DNA of 64,000 bases from an actinobacterium acAMD-2 (GTDB lineage Bacteria; Actinomycetota; Actinomycetes; UBA12327): positions 20,012 to 84,011 of the forward strand of contig JNSE01000033.1 in assembly GCA_000754455.1 (NCBI GenBank), given 5' to 3'. Every line of letters begins with the position of its first letter. The first letter of the stretch is position 1. Position numbers and translations under genes: made by a program. This document shows positions 11,594 to 22,428 of this stretch, piece after piece. The notes beneath the pieces were generated by a model. It saw nothing but the letters and a program-made list of their open reading frames with translations, had not been told where the DNA came from and did not search any database.

Positions 11594-12717
11594 GATGCTT
11601 TACTCACACTTCCGCGGACGACTTCAAAGCGTTGGCCAACCAACAACGTAGGTACATCCTGCGCTACCGCTGCCGTAATTAACACCTGTTCGGCCGAACT
11701 CACCGCATGGGCTAAACGTTCCCGACGTCGGACATCGAGTTCGGCAAAAACATCATCCAAAATCAGTACCGGATCACCGCCACCACGAAGGTCCTCGCGC
11801 AAAATTTCATACGAGGCCAAACGCAGGGCCAGGGCCACCGACCAGGACTCCCCATGACTGGCATAGCCCTTTGCTGGTAAGGATCGAAGGCCTAAAAAGA
11901 CATCATCGCGGTGTGGTCCCACGAGGGACATTCCCCGCTCTAACTCGCTCTTCCGGGCACTGGCCATCGCCTCATAAAAACCCGCTTTGATCGTCTCTAG
12001 CGATGTGCCCACATCATCACCCAAGAAGCTTCGATAGTCGATGGACGTTTCACCCGATTCCGGTGCCAGGTCGGTGTAAGCCGCCAACACCAACGGTCGC
12101 AACTCATCAATGAGCTCCACGCGAGACTGGATGATCTGTGAACCGAAATCGCTCAACTGTTCATCCCAGACCGCGAGTGTTGACTCAAGGTTTTCTTGAG
12201 GTCGCGATGACCGTGCTGATTTCAACAGTGAGTTGCGTTGTTTTAACACGCGATCGTAATCACTACGAATACCTGCGAACCGAGGCAGCCGTGCGGCTAA
12301 CAACTCATCAAGAAATTTCCGTCGCTCGCCAGGTTCACCCTTCACCAACGCTAAATCTTCGGGAGCAAACAAAACAGTTCGCAGTGTTCCCAACACGTCG
12401 CGAGTGCGTGTCACTGGAGCATTATTGAGTCGAGCTCGGTTGGATCCTGAAGCGGTGATTTCAAGATCAACATCAATAGATCGACCCTCACCCACCACAG
12501 TGCAGCGAACAATGGCGCGGTCCGCCCCTTCACGCACCAACGGGGCATCAGTAGCTACTCGGTGGCTCGACAAGCTGCCCACATAACGCAGGGCCTCCAC
12601 CAAATTGGTCTTTCCCTGCCCGTTCAGCCCCACAAAGACGGTAATTCCAGGCTCCAACTCCACCACGGCAGCCGAATACGACCGGTAATCCACCAATTCG
12701 AGGCGTTGGACAAACAC
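11590..12717 (-). CDS. recF: DNA replication and repair protein RecF
   Basis: 375 aa with Walker A GLNGQGKTNLVEAL and an SMC-like signature region. Conserved dnaN-recF order. Confidence 0.95.
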   Translation of the reverse strand: MFVQRLELVDYRSYSAAVVELEPGITVFVGLNGQGKTNLVEALRYVGSLSSHRVATDAPLVREGADRAIVRCTVVGEGRSIDVDLEITASGSNRARLNNAPVTRTRDVLGTLRTVLFAPEDLALVKGEPGERRKFLDELLAARLPRFAGIRSDYDRVLKQRNSLLKSARSSRPQENLESTLAVWDEQLSDFGSQIIQSRVELIDELRPLVLAAYTDLAPESGETSIDYRSFLGDDVGTSLETIKAGFYEAMASARKSELERGMSLVGPHRDDVFLGLRSLPAKGYASHGESWSVALALRLASYEILREDLRGGGDPVLILDDVFAELDVRRRERLAHAVSSAEQVLITAAVAQDVPTLLVGQRFEVVRGSVSKAS

Positions 12718-12746
12718 CGCTTACACCAAAAAACTCAGGGAAAAAA

Positions 12747-13880
12747 TCATCCGGCCATACGAACGGGCATCAAGAGGTAGCGGTAACTGCTATCTGGTTT
12801 TGCATCAGCGTTGAGCATTCCCGTGAGCACGGCCGGCTTACTTGATGAAACAAAAGTCATCGACACGTAATCACCAACAACAGCATTCAAACCATCGACC
12901 AAATACTGCGGGTTGAAAGCAATCAAAATTTCTTCACCAGTGACCTGGGCATCAACCGATTCACTCGCTTGAGCTTCATCACCAGTACCAGCCTCAAGAG
13001 TGAGGCCTTCACTGGAAAAAGACAATCGAATCGGTGTATTGCGTTCAGCCACTAAAGAGACACGCTTTACCGCGTCAATAAATGAAGCTTTTTCAATCTG
13101 TGCTGACGTCGCCGAGTCATCTGGAAACAAGGAGCGGTACTTCGGGAACTCACCATCAATGAGTCGCGTGGTCGTACTACGGCCAGCGCCAGAAAAACCA
13201 ACCAGTGATTCCACTGCTCCATCGCGGGAGCTGAACGCCAACTCAACTTCAGTCGCTGACGTCATGGCTTTTGCGGTTTCATTAAGGGTTCGGCCCAGGA
13301 TTAATGCCGTTGCTGAAATCGAGGATTGTTCAGGTTTCCACGGGATTTCACGCACTGCTAAGCGGTACCTATCGGTGGCCGCCAGAGTGAGGGTGTCACC
13401 CTCAATTTCCAATCGAATACCAGTCAGTGCAGGAAGTGTTTCATCGCGGCCAGCAGCAATGGCTACTTGACTAATCGCTGAGGTAAACGTGGGCCCATCA
13501 ATAAGACCAGAAACGGTCGGCATAGTCGGAAGTGATGGGTAATCCTCGACAGGAAGAGTGAGTAACGTAAATCGTGAACTGCCACATTCAACATTGACGC
13601 GTGGACCATCAGTGGCGATCGTGACTGGTATGTGTGGCAGTGCACGGGTGATGTCAGCTAACAAGCGGCCGGAAACCAAAACGCGACCCGGTTCTTCAAC
13701 ATCGGCGTTAAGAGAAATTTGAGCAGAAACTTCAAGATCAAATCCAGACAACGTTAATGATGATTGCGTTGCTTCAAGGAGAAGGCCAGCCAAAACTGGA
13801 GCGGTTGGGCGCGCTGGCAAACTGCGTGCAGCCCAAGCCACAGCATCAGCTAAGGCACTCGAATCAATCGTGAATTTCAC
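12747..13880 (-). CDS. dnaN: DNA polymerase III beta sliding clamp
   Basis: 377 aa of three-domain clamp-like sequence. GTG start with AAGGAAGGAA upstream. It lies directly downstream of dnaA/oriC. Confidence 0.95.
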   Translation of the reverse strand: MKFTIDSSALADAVAWAARSLPARPTAPVLAGLLLEATQSSLTLSGFDLEVSAQISLNADVEEPGRVLVSGRLLADITRALPHIPVTIATDGPRVNVECGSSRFTLLTLPVEDYPSLPTMPTVSGLIDGPTFTSAISQVAIAAGRDETLPALTGIRLEIEGDTLTLAATDRYRLAVREIPWKPEQSSISATALILGRTLNETAKAMTSATEVELAFSSRDGAVESLVGFSGAGRSTTTRLIDGEFPKYRSLFPDDSATSAQIEKASFIDAVKRVSLVAERNTPIRLSFSSEGLTLEAGTGDEAQASESVDAQVTGEEILIAFNPQYLVDGLNAVVGDYVSMTFVSSSKPAVLTGMLNADAKPDSSYRYLLMPVRMAG

Positions 13881-14001
13881 GTGTGTTCCTTCCTTGCACC
13901 GCAGCGGTACATGTCGCTACCTCACCCGATGTGGCAGACAGTGACTGTGGTGATCATGCCGGATGAGTCGAAGTGGTGTGTATGGAACCTCAAGGTGGGC
14001 T

Positions 14002-14247
14002 CAATCCACATGTTCTGGAATTACACATTGAGTAGATAGATAAATGTCGTAGTAGTACTAGGTGGTGGGGATAATGTGGATAACGTCCAAGTAGGCACGA
14101 ATCTCACTTTTAACCTGGGGAGACACCTGAAGTTTTACTGTGGATAAACTTTAAAAATTGTGGATAACTTACGTACTCCCTGCGGGTTTTACTGTTATCC
14201 ACGGGATTGTCCGGAGCTTTCACCCCAGATACACACGTTTATCCCCA
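14002..14247. promoter_or_regulatory. oriC-type DnaA-box cluster in the dnaA-dnaN intergenic region
   Basis: Perfect TGTGGATAA at 14075, 14139 and 14159. TTATCCACG at 14195, TTATCCCCA at 14239 and CAATCCACA at 14002. AT-rich stretches at about 14026-14060 and 14148-14158. Confidence 0.75.
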
Positions 14248-14276
14248 GGTTGTGTATGAGGCTGGTGAAACAGATG

Positions 14277-15713
14277 TTATTGCTGGGTTTGGGACTTGAT
14301 TCGGTTGGTCAATTCCGATACCTGGTTAAAGACGCTGCGGCGCTCACCCATGAGGGTGCGAATCTTGCGATCTGCGTGCATCACCGTGGTGTGGTCGCGC
14401 CCACCAAATTGTTGGCCAATCTTAGGAAGGGAGAGATCGGTCAATTCTCGACATAAGTACATAGCGATCTGACGAGCATTCACCAGAACACGGGAGCGAG
14501 AGGCCCCGCAGAGGTCGTCAATGGTGAGGCCGAAGTATTGAGCGGTTTGGGCCATGATCGTTGCCGAGGTGATTTCAGGACCCGCGCCATGGGGGAACAA
14601 GTCCTTCAACACGATTTCAGCTAGTGCCATATCGACTGGCTGACGGTTGAGGTTGGCGAACGCGGTGACTCGGATGAGCGCACCTTCAAGTTCTCGAATG
14701 TTGGTTGCCACCTTGGAGGCGATGAACTCCAGGACCTCGGGCGGAGCGGACAACTTTTCTTGCGCCTGCTTCTTTCGCAAAATCGCAATACGCGTCTCGA
14801 GGTCAGGTGCTTGAACATCGGTCATGAGGCCCCACTCGAAGCGTGAGCGCATGCGCTCTTCAAACTGCTCGAGCTGCTTGGGCGGCAAGTCACTGGTGAC
14901 AACGATTTGCTTATTTGCGTTATGCAAGGTGTTAAAAGTGTGAAAGAACTCTTCCTGAGTTTGGACTTTGCCTTGCAGGAATTGCACGTCGTCGACTAAA
15001 AGCACATCAATATCGCGATAGCGCTTTTGAAAAGCTTGGGCTTTGTCGTCACGAATACTGTTAATGAAGTCGTTGGTGAATTCCTCGGAACTGACATATC
15101 GCACACGGGCTCGCGGGTTGAGGTTTCGTGTGTAGTGGCCAATGGCGTGCAACAAGTGGGTCTTACCCAAACCGGATTCACCATAGATAAACAAGGGGTT
15201 GTAGGCCTGGGCGGGAACTTCAGCCACAGCAATGGCGGCCGCGTGAGCGAACCGATTTGACGAGCCAATAACAAAAGTGTCGAAGGTGTATTTCGGATTC
15301 AATCGCGAGGTGTCAGCACCGCGCTGTGTGGGCAACTCACTGGGGGTAGGTGCATCACGACGAGCAGCAGCTAAATCAATAACGACGTCCTGAGCCGCGT
15401 CACTGTTGGTTCCCGATGCATTGTTATCGGTGGGAGTTTCGGTTTCTGCTTCAACAGTGACAGCCAGTCGAACTTCGTGGCCAAGAGCCTGCGACAGTGC
15501 GTTCACCACAACATCACGCAACTTGGTTTCGAGGACTTCTTTGGTCAACTCGTTCGGTGCAGCCAACAGGACGGTGTCACCGACCACCGCAATCGCGTGG
15601 GTCAGATCGAGAAACGCATGCTGGTGACGAGGCAGATCGGCGTCGGCAACACTGGTCAGAACTTGCGACCAAATGTTGTCCAGGTCCACGCTTTGATCAA
15701 CAGACTCGGTCAC
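14277..15713 (-). CDS. dnaA: chromosomal replication initiator DnaA
   Basis: ORF 14277..15731 has Walker [23 protein letters not shown] and the C-terminal DNA-binding domain [14 protein letters not shown] at 15713 preferred because GAGGAAAG lies upstream. Confidence 0.97.
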   Translation of the reverse strand: MTESVDQSVDLDNIWSQVLTSVADADLPRHQHAFLDLTHAIAVVGDTVLLAAPNELTKEVLETKLRDVVVNALSQALGHEVRLAVTVEAETETPTDNNASGTNSDAAQDVVIDLAAARRDAPTPSELPTQRGADTSRLNPKYTFDTFVIGSSNRFAHAAAIAVAEVPAQAYNPLFIYGESGLGKTHLLHAIGHYTRNLNPRARVRYVSSEEFTNDFINSIRDDKAQAFQKRYRDIDVLLVDDVQFLQGKVQTQEEFFHTFNTLHNANKQIVVTSDLPPKQLEQFEERMRSRFEWGLMTDVQAPDLETRIAILRKKQAQEKLSAPPEVLEFIASKVATNIRELEGALIRVTAFANLNRQPVDMALAEIVLKDLFPHGAGPEITSATIMAQTAQYFGLTIDDLCGASRSRVLVNARQIAMYLCRELTDLSLPKIGQQFGGRDHTTVMHADRKIRTLMGERRSVFNQVSELTNRIKSQTQQ

Positions 15714-15755
15714 TGGTCCTACTTTCCTCAAACGGTCAAATCGGGCGATACAGGT

Positions 15756-15923
15756 ACATCCACAAAGTTATCCACAGGCTGTGCATGTGGAGCTGGGGAT
15801 TCCCCTAAAACGGGACGCAGTAGGACCTTGAGGGCTTTCGGGGTCTACATCGCTGGTACTAGGGAAGTGCAGCAGAGGCGAAAACCTACCCCTAGGTTGG
15901 ACCGGAAGGCAAGGTTTTCCACA
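15756..15923. promoter_or_regulatory. DnaA boxes upstream of dnaA (dnaA/rpmH divergent region)
   Basis: ACATCCACA at 15756, perfect TTATCCACA at 15768 and TTTTCCACA at 15915. Confidence 0.55.
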
Positions 15924-16131
15924 AGATAACCAAACGCCAGGAAATGCTGATCACCACCCCCTCGCTGACGGGGGATCACCCTCCAGTGGGTTCGTGGGTA
16001 GGTGGTCGACAGGGTCGAACCGCTGAAGATCAGGACAGACGGTGCCCCCACTGACCAGGAGCCAAGGACGGCGCGTATTCTGGACTTTCGTAAATCGTGC
16101 TTTCGGCACGCTACTTCCCTTTGGAGCCATT

Positions 16132-16269
16132 GTGAGTAAGCGCACGTTTCAGCCGAACAACCGGCGTCGCGCCAAGACCCATGGATTCCGTTTGCGCATG
16201 CGTACCCGCGCTGGTCGCGCCATCATCGCGAACCGCCGCGGCAAGGGTCGTTCGAAGCTCACGGCCTAG
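16132..16269 (+). CDS. rpmH: 50S ribosomal protein L34
   Basis: [48 protein letters not shown] at 16132 with GGAG upstream. The longer track ORF 16042..16269 is an upstream extension. Confidence 0.95.
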   Translation: MSKRTFQPNNRRRAKTHGFRLRMRTRAGRAIIANRRGKGRSKLTA

Positions 16270-16273
16270 TCCC

Positions 16274-16618
16274 ATGGTGGCCACATCACGGATGCGTCAT
16301 CGCCGTGATTTTCAAGCCGCTCATCAAGGCGTTAAAGTAGCCGGCAAGTATGTGGTGTTGCACCACAAAACCCTTATAAATCAAGGGGATTCCCCAGATC
16401 CTGTTGTGGGATATGTGGTGTCAAAAAAGGTGGGAAATGCTGTGGTGCGCAATCGCGTTCAGCGTCGACTACGTCACCTCATCCACGAAACTCAGCACCG
16501 CATTGCGCAAGGAAGCCTGCTGGTGATCCGAGTGTTACCGAGCGCAGCACAAGCCAACAGTGCAGAGTTAGGTCACGACCTTGATCGACTCTTACAACGG
16601 CTGGAAGCTGGCAGATGA
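16274..16618 (+). CDS. rnpA: ribonuclease P protein component
   Basis: 114 aa and basic (MRHRRDFQAAHQ...VGNAVVRNRVQRRLR). It follows rpmH directly. ATG at 16274 chosen within ORF 16181..16618. Confidence 0.9.
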   Translation: MVATSRMRHRRDFQAAHQGVKVAGKYVVLHHKTLINQGDSPDPVVGYVVSKKVGNAVVRNRVQRRLRHLIHETQHRIAQGSLLVIRVLPSAAQANSAELGHDLDRLLQRLEAGR

Positions 16619-17028
16619 TGACGTTGCTCAGCAAGGTGTTGATTGCTCCCATTCGGTGGTACCAACGATGGATCTCTCCAGCGTTTGCACCGACCTGTCG
16701 GTTCTATCCCTCGTGCTCGGCCTACGCGGTCCGCGCTCTCGAGACCCACGGGCCAGTCATCGGCCTGTATTTGGCTATTCGACGGTTATTGCGGTGCCAC
16801 CCCTGGACTCCTGGCGGAATTGACCAGGTCCCACCCAAGGGACAGTGGTCATCCACGCCGACACCGTATGACCCCGACGAAGACCCGAACAGCAGCAAGC
16901 GAATTATCAGTGATGCAACGAGCATCGAGACAGTGACCCGGTCACACCACGAAAAGGCCAGCGCGACATCCTTAGCACGAGAACTGCGCAACACTGCTTG
17001 CGCCCATCCCTTGACCCAGGGAGCTTGA
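16615..17028 (+). CDS. yidD: membrane protein insertion efficiency factor YidD (with C-terminal extension)
   Basis: IRWYQRWISPAFAPTCRFYPSCSAYAVRALETHG is the YidD signature. It overlaps rnpA by 4 nt. Confidence 0.85.
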   Translation: MMTLLSKVLIAPIRWYQRWISPAFAPTCRFYPSCSAYAVRALETHGPVIGLYLAIRRLLRCHPWTPGGIDQVPPKGQWSSTPTPYDPDEDPNSSKRIISDATSIETVTRSHHEKASATSLARELRNTACAHPLTQGA

Positions 17029-17031
17029 CCC

Positions 17032-17997
17032 GTGGAGTTGATCAATACCGTTTTCGGTCCGCTTGAGTGGATCGTTTCGTTTGTCTTGGTTGCGTTTCAC
17101 AGTGGACTCACTGCACTAGGACTTCCTGCCGATGGCGGCGCGTCATGGACGTTGTCGATTGTCGGCCTAGTGATCTTGATTCGCATCATTTTGATCCCAC
17201 TTTTTGTTCGCCAAATTAAAGCTCAGCGTGGGTTGCAAATTTTGCAACCGAAGATGAAAGAGATTCAAAAGAAGTACAAGGACGACCGCGAAAAGCAGTC
17301 GCAGGAAATGATGAAGCTGTACAAGGAAACGGGCACTAACCCGTTGGCTTCCTGCTTGCCAATTCTGGCGCAATCGCCGATTTTCTTTGCACTTTTCCAG
17401 GTTCTCAATGGGATTGCGACTGGCCAAGCGCGAGGCGTCTTAACTCCTGAGTTGTTGGAGTCTGCACGTAATGCTCGCGTTTTTGGCGCACCGCTTTACG
17501 CCACCTTCGCTAATGCGAACGAGTATGCAGCGCAAGGGGTCTCGGCTACGTCCGTTCGCATCGTCACCGTTATTTTGATCGTACTCATGACGTTCACTAC
17601 GTTCACCACGCAACGTCAATTGATGTTGAAGAACATGCCAACGGACAACCCGATGGCGCAACAACAAAAGATTTTGTTGTACGTCTTTCCGTTGATGTTT
17701 GCTTTCTTCGGTATTAACTTTCCGATCGGTGTGTTGATCTACTGGTTAACCACCAACTTGTGGACCATGGGTCAACAGTTTTATGTCATTCGCAACAACC
17801 CCACACCAGGAACTCCGGCAGAAGCGGCCTACAACGAACGCCAAGCTATTAAGGCTGCACGTGGTGGTTCATTGATTCAGCGCGTGACAGGTCGAGGCCC
17901 AGTAGTCAGCAATGAACCGGTCGAGCAGATCGAAGAACCCAAGGTCGTTCGGCAACAACCCAAGCGCAAACCCAAGAGTGCCCGTAAGAAGCAATAG
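17032..17997 (+). CDS. yidC: membrane protein insertase YidC
   Basis: 321 aa and polytopic, with the 60-kDa-IMP motif region [37 protein letters not shown] and a basic C-terminus. Confidence 0.9.
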   Translation: MELINTVFGPLEWIVSFVLVAFHSGLTALGLPADGGASWTLSIVGLVILIRIILIPLFVRQIKAQRGLQILQPKMKEIQKKYKDDREKQSQEMMKLYKETGTNPLASCLPILAQSPIFFALFQVLNGIATGQARGVLTPELLESARNARVFGAPLYATFANANEYAAQGVSATSVRIVTVILIVLMTFTTFTTQRQLMLKNMPTDNPMAQQQKILLYVFPLMFAFFGINFPIGVLIYWLTTNLWTMGQQFYVIRNNPTPGTPAEAAYNERQAIKAARGGSLIQRVTGRGPVVSNEPVEQIEEPKVVRQQPKRKPKSARKKQ

Positions 17998-18070
17998 TCG
18001 TTTTATCCCTTTTGTCCGTTTTACTGTGCGTAGCACCCGGGATCGGGGCTAAGAAAAATGAGGAGTAATC

Positions 18071-18604
18071 ATGAGTGATTCCGTCGAGACCACTGACGCT
18101 GTTGATGCTGAGGTCGCCGAGCAGGCAGAACCAAAGAACCGCCAGTCGCTGTTAGTTCAAGAAGGCGACATTGCCGCTGACTACATCGAAGGCCTCCTGG
18201 ATATCGCTGACCTTGGTGATGATGGCGCTATTGACATGGACGTCGAAGGCGACCGAGCTGTTGTGGCCGTGACCGGCGAAGGCGTGGATGTCTTGGTGGG
18301 CGATAACGGTGAGGTCCTCAATGCCCTGCAGGAACTGACCCGCTTGGCCGTTCTGCGCGAGACCGGCGAGCGCTCCCGCTTGATGCTGGATGTGGCCGGC
18401 TACCGCGCCCAGCGTCGCGAGGTCCTCACCGCCCTAGGAACTGAGGCCGCCGACAAGGTCAAGGCCAGCGGGGAAGCCCTCTCGCTCGAGCCAATGAACG
18501 CCTTTGAGCGCAAGGTCGTCCACGACGCTATCGCTGCCGCGGGCTTGAAGTCAGAATCTGATGGCGTGGAGCCCAATCGCTTCATCGTCGTCCTGCCTGC
18601 TTAA
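18071..18604 (+). CDS. jag: Jag/KhpB RNA-binding protein (KH + R3H)
   Basis: 177 aa with an acidic N-terminus and a C-terminal R3H-like FERKVVHDAI. Conserved yidC-jag-rsmG order. Confidence 0.85.
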   Translation: MSDSVETTDAVDAEVAEQAEPKNRQSLLVQEGDIAADYIEGLLDIADLGDDGAIDMDVEGDRAVVAVTGEGVDVLVGDNGEVLNALQELTRLAVLRETGERSRLMLDVAGYRAQRREVLTALGTEAADKVKASGEALSLEPMNAFERKVVHDAIAAAGLKSESDGVEPNRFIVVLPA

Positions 18605-19218
18605 TGGTTTCACGGGAAACATCGGCACAAGTCGAAGCCATCTTTGGTGACCGGCTACCCCTGATTGAGCGCTATGCCCAGTGGCTGGCCGATCAAGGGG
18701 TGGTGCGTGGGCTCTTAGGTCCGCGGGAGGTCGATCGCATCTGGGATCGGCACATCATCAACAGCGCCCTGGTGAGCGAGTTCATTCCACCAGGTGCCAC
18801 AGTGGCCGACCTGGGTTCGGGTGCTGGTCTGCCAGGAATTCCGTTGGCGTTGGCTCGCCCTGACTTGTCGGTCACCCTGGTTGAGCCCCTGTTGCGTCGG
18901 ATGACGTTTTTGACCGAGGTCCTGGCCGACCTGCAGTCCCTGGCCACGGAACCGTTGAAGGTCGAACTGGTGCGAGGGCGCGCCGAGGAACTGCACGGCA
19001 AGGCCACCTTTGACGTCGTCACGGCTCGAGCCCTTGCTCCCCTGGATCGTTTGGTGGGATGGGCCGCTCCCTTGTTGGGCTCTGGCGGTCAGCTCGTGGC
19101 CCTCAAGGGGAGTTCGGCTGGTGAAGAGATTGAGCAGGCAGCGTCAGCGCTCGCTAAGGCTGGCTTGTCAGCTCGGCGTGAAGCGGGCGAATCCATCACT
19201 GTCGTGATTGCTTCCTAG
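18604..19218 (+). CDS. rsmG: 16S rRNA (guanine527-N7)-methyltransferase
   Basis: 204 aa with SAM motif DLGSGAGLPGIPLAL and the N-terminal VSRET typical of actinobacterial GidB. Confidence 0.9.
   Translation: MVSRETSAQVEAIFGDRLPLIERYAQWLADQGVVRGLLGPREVDRIWDRHIINSALVSEFIPPGATVADLGSGAGLPGIPLALARPDLSVTLVEPLLRRMTFLTEVLADLQSLATEPLKVELVRGRAEELHGKATFDVVTARALAPLDRLVGWAAPLLGSGGQLVALKGSSAGEEIEQAASALAKAGLSARREAGESITVVIAS
18606..18621. promoter_or_regulatory. parS-like site
   Basis: GGTTTCACGGGAAACA against the consensus TGTTTCACGTGAAACA (2 mismatches). It lies in the first codons of rsmG. Confidence 0.65.
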
Positions 19219-19241
19219 CAGGCAATCCGGGGATTGCCTGC
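19218..19241 (+). terminator. hairpin after rsmG
   Basis: GCAGGCAATCC-GG-GGATTGCCTGC is a near-perfect 24-nt palindrome starting at the rsmG stop. There is no T-tract. Confidence 0.35.
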
Positions 19242-19481
19242 ACGCGAGTTATCCGTGCGTGGCAAGATCAGCGCAAGAGAAGTTTTCACGGCATGGGTGA
19301 GGGCACCTGGTGTGCCTGCCGAGACCAGAAAGGTGGGCGAAAAGTTTCGTGAGTACGGAACCAGAGTCCAAGGTCGGATGGCCAGAAAACCCTTCTATCG
19401 CAACGGATAGTGAGCCCCCACAGGCAGCATCCTTCACGTCCTCTGGACTGGGCTGGCCAGCAGAAGTGGGTGGTTCTGAGG

Positions 19482-20429
19482 ATGACTGATACCCCGAACT
19501 ACTTCGGTCCATCCGATGCGGCCTTGCAGGCAGCCGTCGATGTTTCACGGGAAACATTGGGTGGTGGCTCGGATACCCCGATTGCCCAAGCTGCGGCCGC
19601 TGCTGTCCTGGTGGCCTCTGGTCGAGTGGCTGATCAACTCCCCCGTCCTCTGCAGACGCGGATTTTGACGATTTCTAACCAGAAGGGTGGCGTAGGTAAG
19701 ACCACGACCACGGTCAACCTGGCGGCCGGCCTAGCGTTCCAAGGGCTTCGCGTTCTGGTCATTGACCTCGATCCGCAGGGCAACGCCTCCACCGCTTTGG
19801 GCATGCCACATCACGATGAGGTCGATTCCATCTACGAGGTCCTGCTGGAAGATATGCCGCTGGCTCAGGCGGTCCAAAAGGTGGAGCAAATCCCCAATCT
19901 CTATGGCGTTCCAGCCACCTTGGATCTCGCTGGGGCTGAATTGGAGCTGGTCTCGCTGGTCGCGCGAGAAAATCGCCTCAAACGAGCGATCGAAACCTAC
20001 CTGAACCAATCAACTGATAGGTTTGACTTTGTCCTCATCGACTGTCCTCCCTCGCTGGGATTGCTCACGGTCAATGCGCTGGTGGCCGCTACTGAAGTGT
20101 TGATTCCGATTCAATGCGAGTACTACGCACTGGAAGGTTTGGGACAACTCGTACGCAACGTGGAAAAGATTCAAGAGTTTCTCAATCCCAATATTTTTAT
20201 TTCCACGATTTTGCTCACGATGTACGACGGCCGCACGCGTTTGTCTGCGCAAGTGGCGCAAGAAGTGCGTGACTTTTTTGGTGAGCGCGTTTTGCCAACC
20301 GCAATTCCGCGATCAGTTCGTGTGTCTGAAGCACCGTCATTTCAGCAAACGGTGTTGACCTATGACCCAGGTTCGACAGGTGCACAAAGTTACTTACAAG
20401 CCGCTCGCGAATTGGCCTTGCAGGCATGA
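19482..20429 (+). CDS. parA: chromosome partitioning ATPase ParA
   Basis: Deviant Walker [23 protein letters not shown] at 19482 chosen within ORF 19410..20429 because GAGGA lies upstream. Confidence 0.93.
   Translation: MTDTPNYFGPSDAALQAAVDVSRETLGGGSDTPIAQAAAAAVLVASGRVADQLPRPLQTRILTISNQKGGVGKTTTTVNLAAGLAFQGLRVLVIDLDPQGNASTALGMPHHDEVDSIYEVLLEDMPLAQAVQKVEQIPNLYGVPATLDLAGAELELVSLVARENRLKRAIETYLNQSTDRFDFVLIDCPPSLGLLTVNALVAATEVLIPIQCEYYALEGLGQLVRNVEKIQEFLNPNIFISTILLTMYDGRTRLSAQVAQEVRDFFGERVLPTAIPRSVRVSEAPSFQQTVLTYDPGSTGAQSYLQAARELALQA
19541..19556. promoter_or_regulatory. parS site
   Basis: TGTTTCACGGGAAACA has one mismatch to TGTTTCACGTGAAACA. It lies inside the 5' part of parA. Confidence 0.75.
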
Positions 20430-20445
20430 AAAGAGTAGGGAAAAA

Positions 20446-21447
20446 ATGAGTGCAAAACAGCGTGGATTAGGTCGTGGTTTGGGCGCTCTTATTCCTACCG
20501 CGCCAGGACCACAAACCAGCGCCGAGACTGGTAGTCAGCCCAGTACTGAGGCGGGTTCCGCAGGTTCGGGGACCGCGGTACCTGGTGCTAGCCGGGGCGC
20601 AAAATTGGCCCAAAATACGGCCTCCTCATCGGTGGAATTTGTCGTTCCCGAGGGCGCCTATTTTGCTGAACTTCCACTGGATTCCATCACACCAAATCCG
20701 CGTCAACCGCGAACAGTTTTTGATCCTGAAGCGCTTGATGAATTGATTCATTCGATTAAAGAAATTGGTTTGCTTCAACCCATTGTTGTTCGTCCCTTGT
20801 CAAACAATCGTTTTGAATTAGTCATGGGTGAGCGTCGTTGGCGCGCACACACTGTTGCAGGTTTAGCAACCATCCCAGCGATTGTTCGCGAGACCGCTGA
20901 CGCAGATTTGTTGCGCGATGCGTTGCTCGAAAACTTGCACCGCAGCCAACTCAATGCGCTCGAAGAAGCGGCGGCCTACAGCCAACTCCTCAACGACTTT
21001 GGCTGCACACACGATGAGTTAGCTCAGCGCATTGGTCGCTCGCGTCCACAAATCTCCAACACCATCCGCTTGTTGAAGCTACCTCCAGTCGTCCAATCCA
21101 AGGTGGCGGCAGGGGTGCTCTCCGCAGGCCACGCACGCGCTCTGCTCGGCCTTGAGGACCCCAAGGCTCAGGAAGCTCTAGCCACCAAGATCGTGGCTGA
21201 GGGCCTGTCGGTGCGCACGGTTGAGGAACTGGTGAGCCTGGGCTTTGCAGGCCCTGCCTCCAAGAAGTCCGGGCGCAAGAAGGCCGGACCGGACTGGTCA
21301 GAGTTGGTCGATCGCCTCGAGGACCGGTTGGATACCAAGGCTGCGATTTCGGCATCAGCCAAGGGCCGGGGCAAAATCACTGTGGAATTTGCCAGTTTTG
21401 AGGACCTTCGCCGCATTGTTGACACCATTGCGGGACCGCAGAAGTAA
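20446..21447 (+). CDS. parB: chromosome partitioning protein ParB
   Basis: [18 protein letters not shown]-terminus, NPRQPR, the [14 protein letters not shown] box and an HTH. ATG at 20446 chosen within ORF 20362..21447. Confidence 0.93.
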   Translation: MSAKQRGLGRGLGALIPTAPGPQTSAETGSQPSTEAGSAGSGTAVPGASRGAKLAQNTASSSVEFVVPEGAYFAELPLDSITPNPRQPRTVFDPEALDELIHSIKEIGLLQPIVVRPLSNNRFELVMGERRWRAHTVAGLATIPAIVRETADADLLRDALLENLHRSQLNALEEAAAYSQLLNDFGCTHDELAQRIGRSRPQISNTIRLLKLPPVVQSKVAAGVLSAGHARALLGLEDPKAQEALATKIVAEGLSVRTVEELVSLGFAGPASKKSGRKKAGPDWSELVDRLEDRLDTKAAISASAKGRGKITVEFASFEDLRRIVDTIAGPQK

Positions 21448-21459
21448 CTTCCTCGGTCT

Positions 21460-22428
21460 TTAGGCCTGGGCTGAGTGGGCCTCAATCGCATCGTTAACCA
21501 GGGCCAAACACACCTCGGAGAGGTCCAATCCGGCTGCTTCGATGGCCTGCGGAAGTAAGGAAGTTTCGGTCATGCCAGGGGCAACGTTGGCCTCAATGAA
21601 TTGCGGAACACCCTCGCCGTCAATGATGAAATCGGATCGTGAAAATCCCGTTAACCCAAGAATGGTGTGAACGGTCAGGGCGGCATCGGCGACGCGTTGT
21701 GACACCTCGTCACTGATGCGAGCGGGTGCAAAAAATTCGGTAAGACCAGCGGTGTAGCGAGCGTTGTAATCGTAGAACTCGCCGTCGGGAACAATCTCCA
21801 CCGCAGGCAAAGCGATCGGACCATCACCAAGATCGATGACGGAAACCGCAACTTCTGTGCCGGCGATATAGCGTTCAATCACGGCACAATCAGCGTAGGA
21901 AAAGCACGAGACCATGGCAGTCGGAAGTTCGGCAGCGGTGTGAACGATGCTCACACCCAGGGCCGATCCACCCTTGGAAGGCTTAATGACCAGCGGAAAT
22001 CCGAAGGCTTTTTCGACCGCGTCGAGCACCGCCCCAGCGCCTAATTCGCGGAAGGCTTCATGCGGCAAAACCACCATTTCAGGCGTAAATATGCCGTTTC
22101 TGGCCACAATCGTTTTGGCCAGGGGTTTGTCATAGGTCAGTCGGCAGGCCTCGGGATTTGACCCTACGTAGGGCAGCTTCAGTAGATCCAGGACATCGCG
22201 AATCGCACCGTCTTCACCGGCCGCTCCATGGAACATCGGGAAGATGCAGTCGGGTGGATCGGCGATGAGCGAGGGCAACAAATCAATGTCCATGTCGCGC
22301 TCGTCAACGTCGACTCCTCGGTTGCGCAGTGCTTCAGAAATACGACGACCAGAACGCACGGAGACATCGCGCTCGTGGGACAAGCCACCAGCTAGTACTA
22401 CAACACGAAGTGCAGAGTCAGTACTCAT
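21460..22428 (-). CDS. ddl: D-alanine--D-alanine ligase
   Basis: 322 aa with an ATP-grasp pattern (GGLSHERDVSVRSG, PLVIKPSKGGSALGV, IEANVAPGMTETS). Confidence 0.9.
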   Translation of the reverse strand: MSTDSALRVVVLAGGLSHERDVSVRSGRRISEALRNRGVDVDERDMDIDLLPSLIADPPDCIFPMFHGAAGEDGAIRDVLDLLKLPYVGSNPEACRLTYDKPLAKTIVARNGIFTPEMVVLPHEAFRELGAGAVLDAVEKAFGFPLVIKPSKGGSALGVSIVHTAAELPTAMVSCFSYADCAVIERYIAGTEVAVSVIDLGDGPIALPAVEIVPDGEFYDYNARYTAGLTEFFAPARISDEVSQRVADAALTVHTILGLTGFSRSDFIIDGEGVPQFIEANVAPGMTETSLLPQAIEAAGLDLSEVCLALVNDAIEAHSAQA

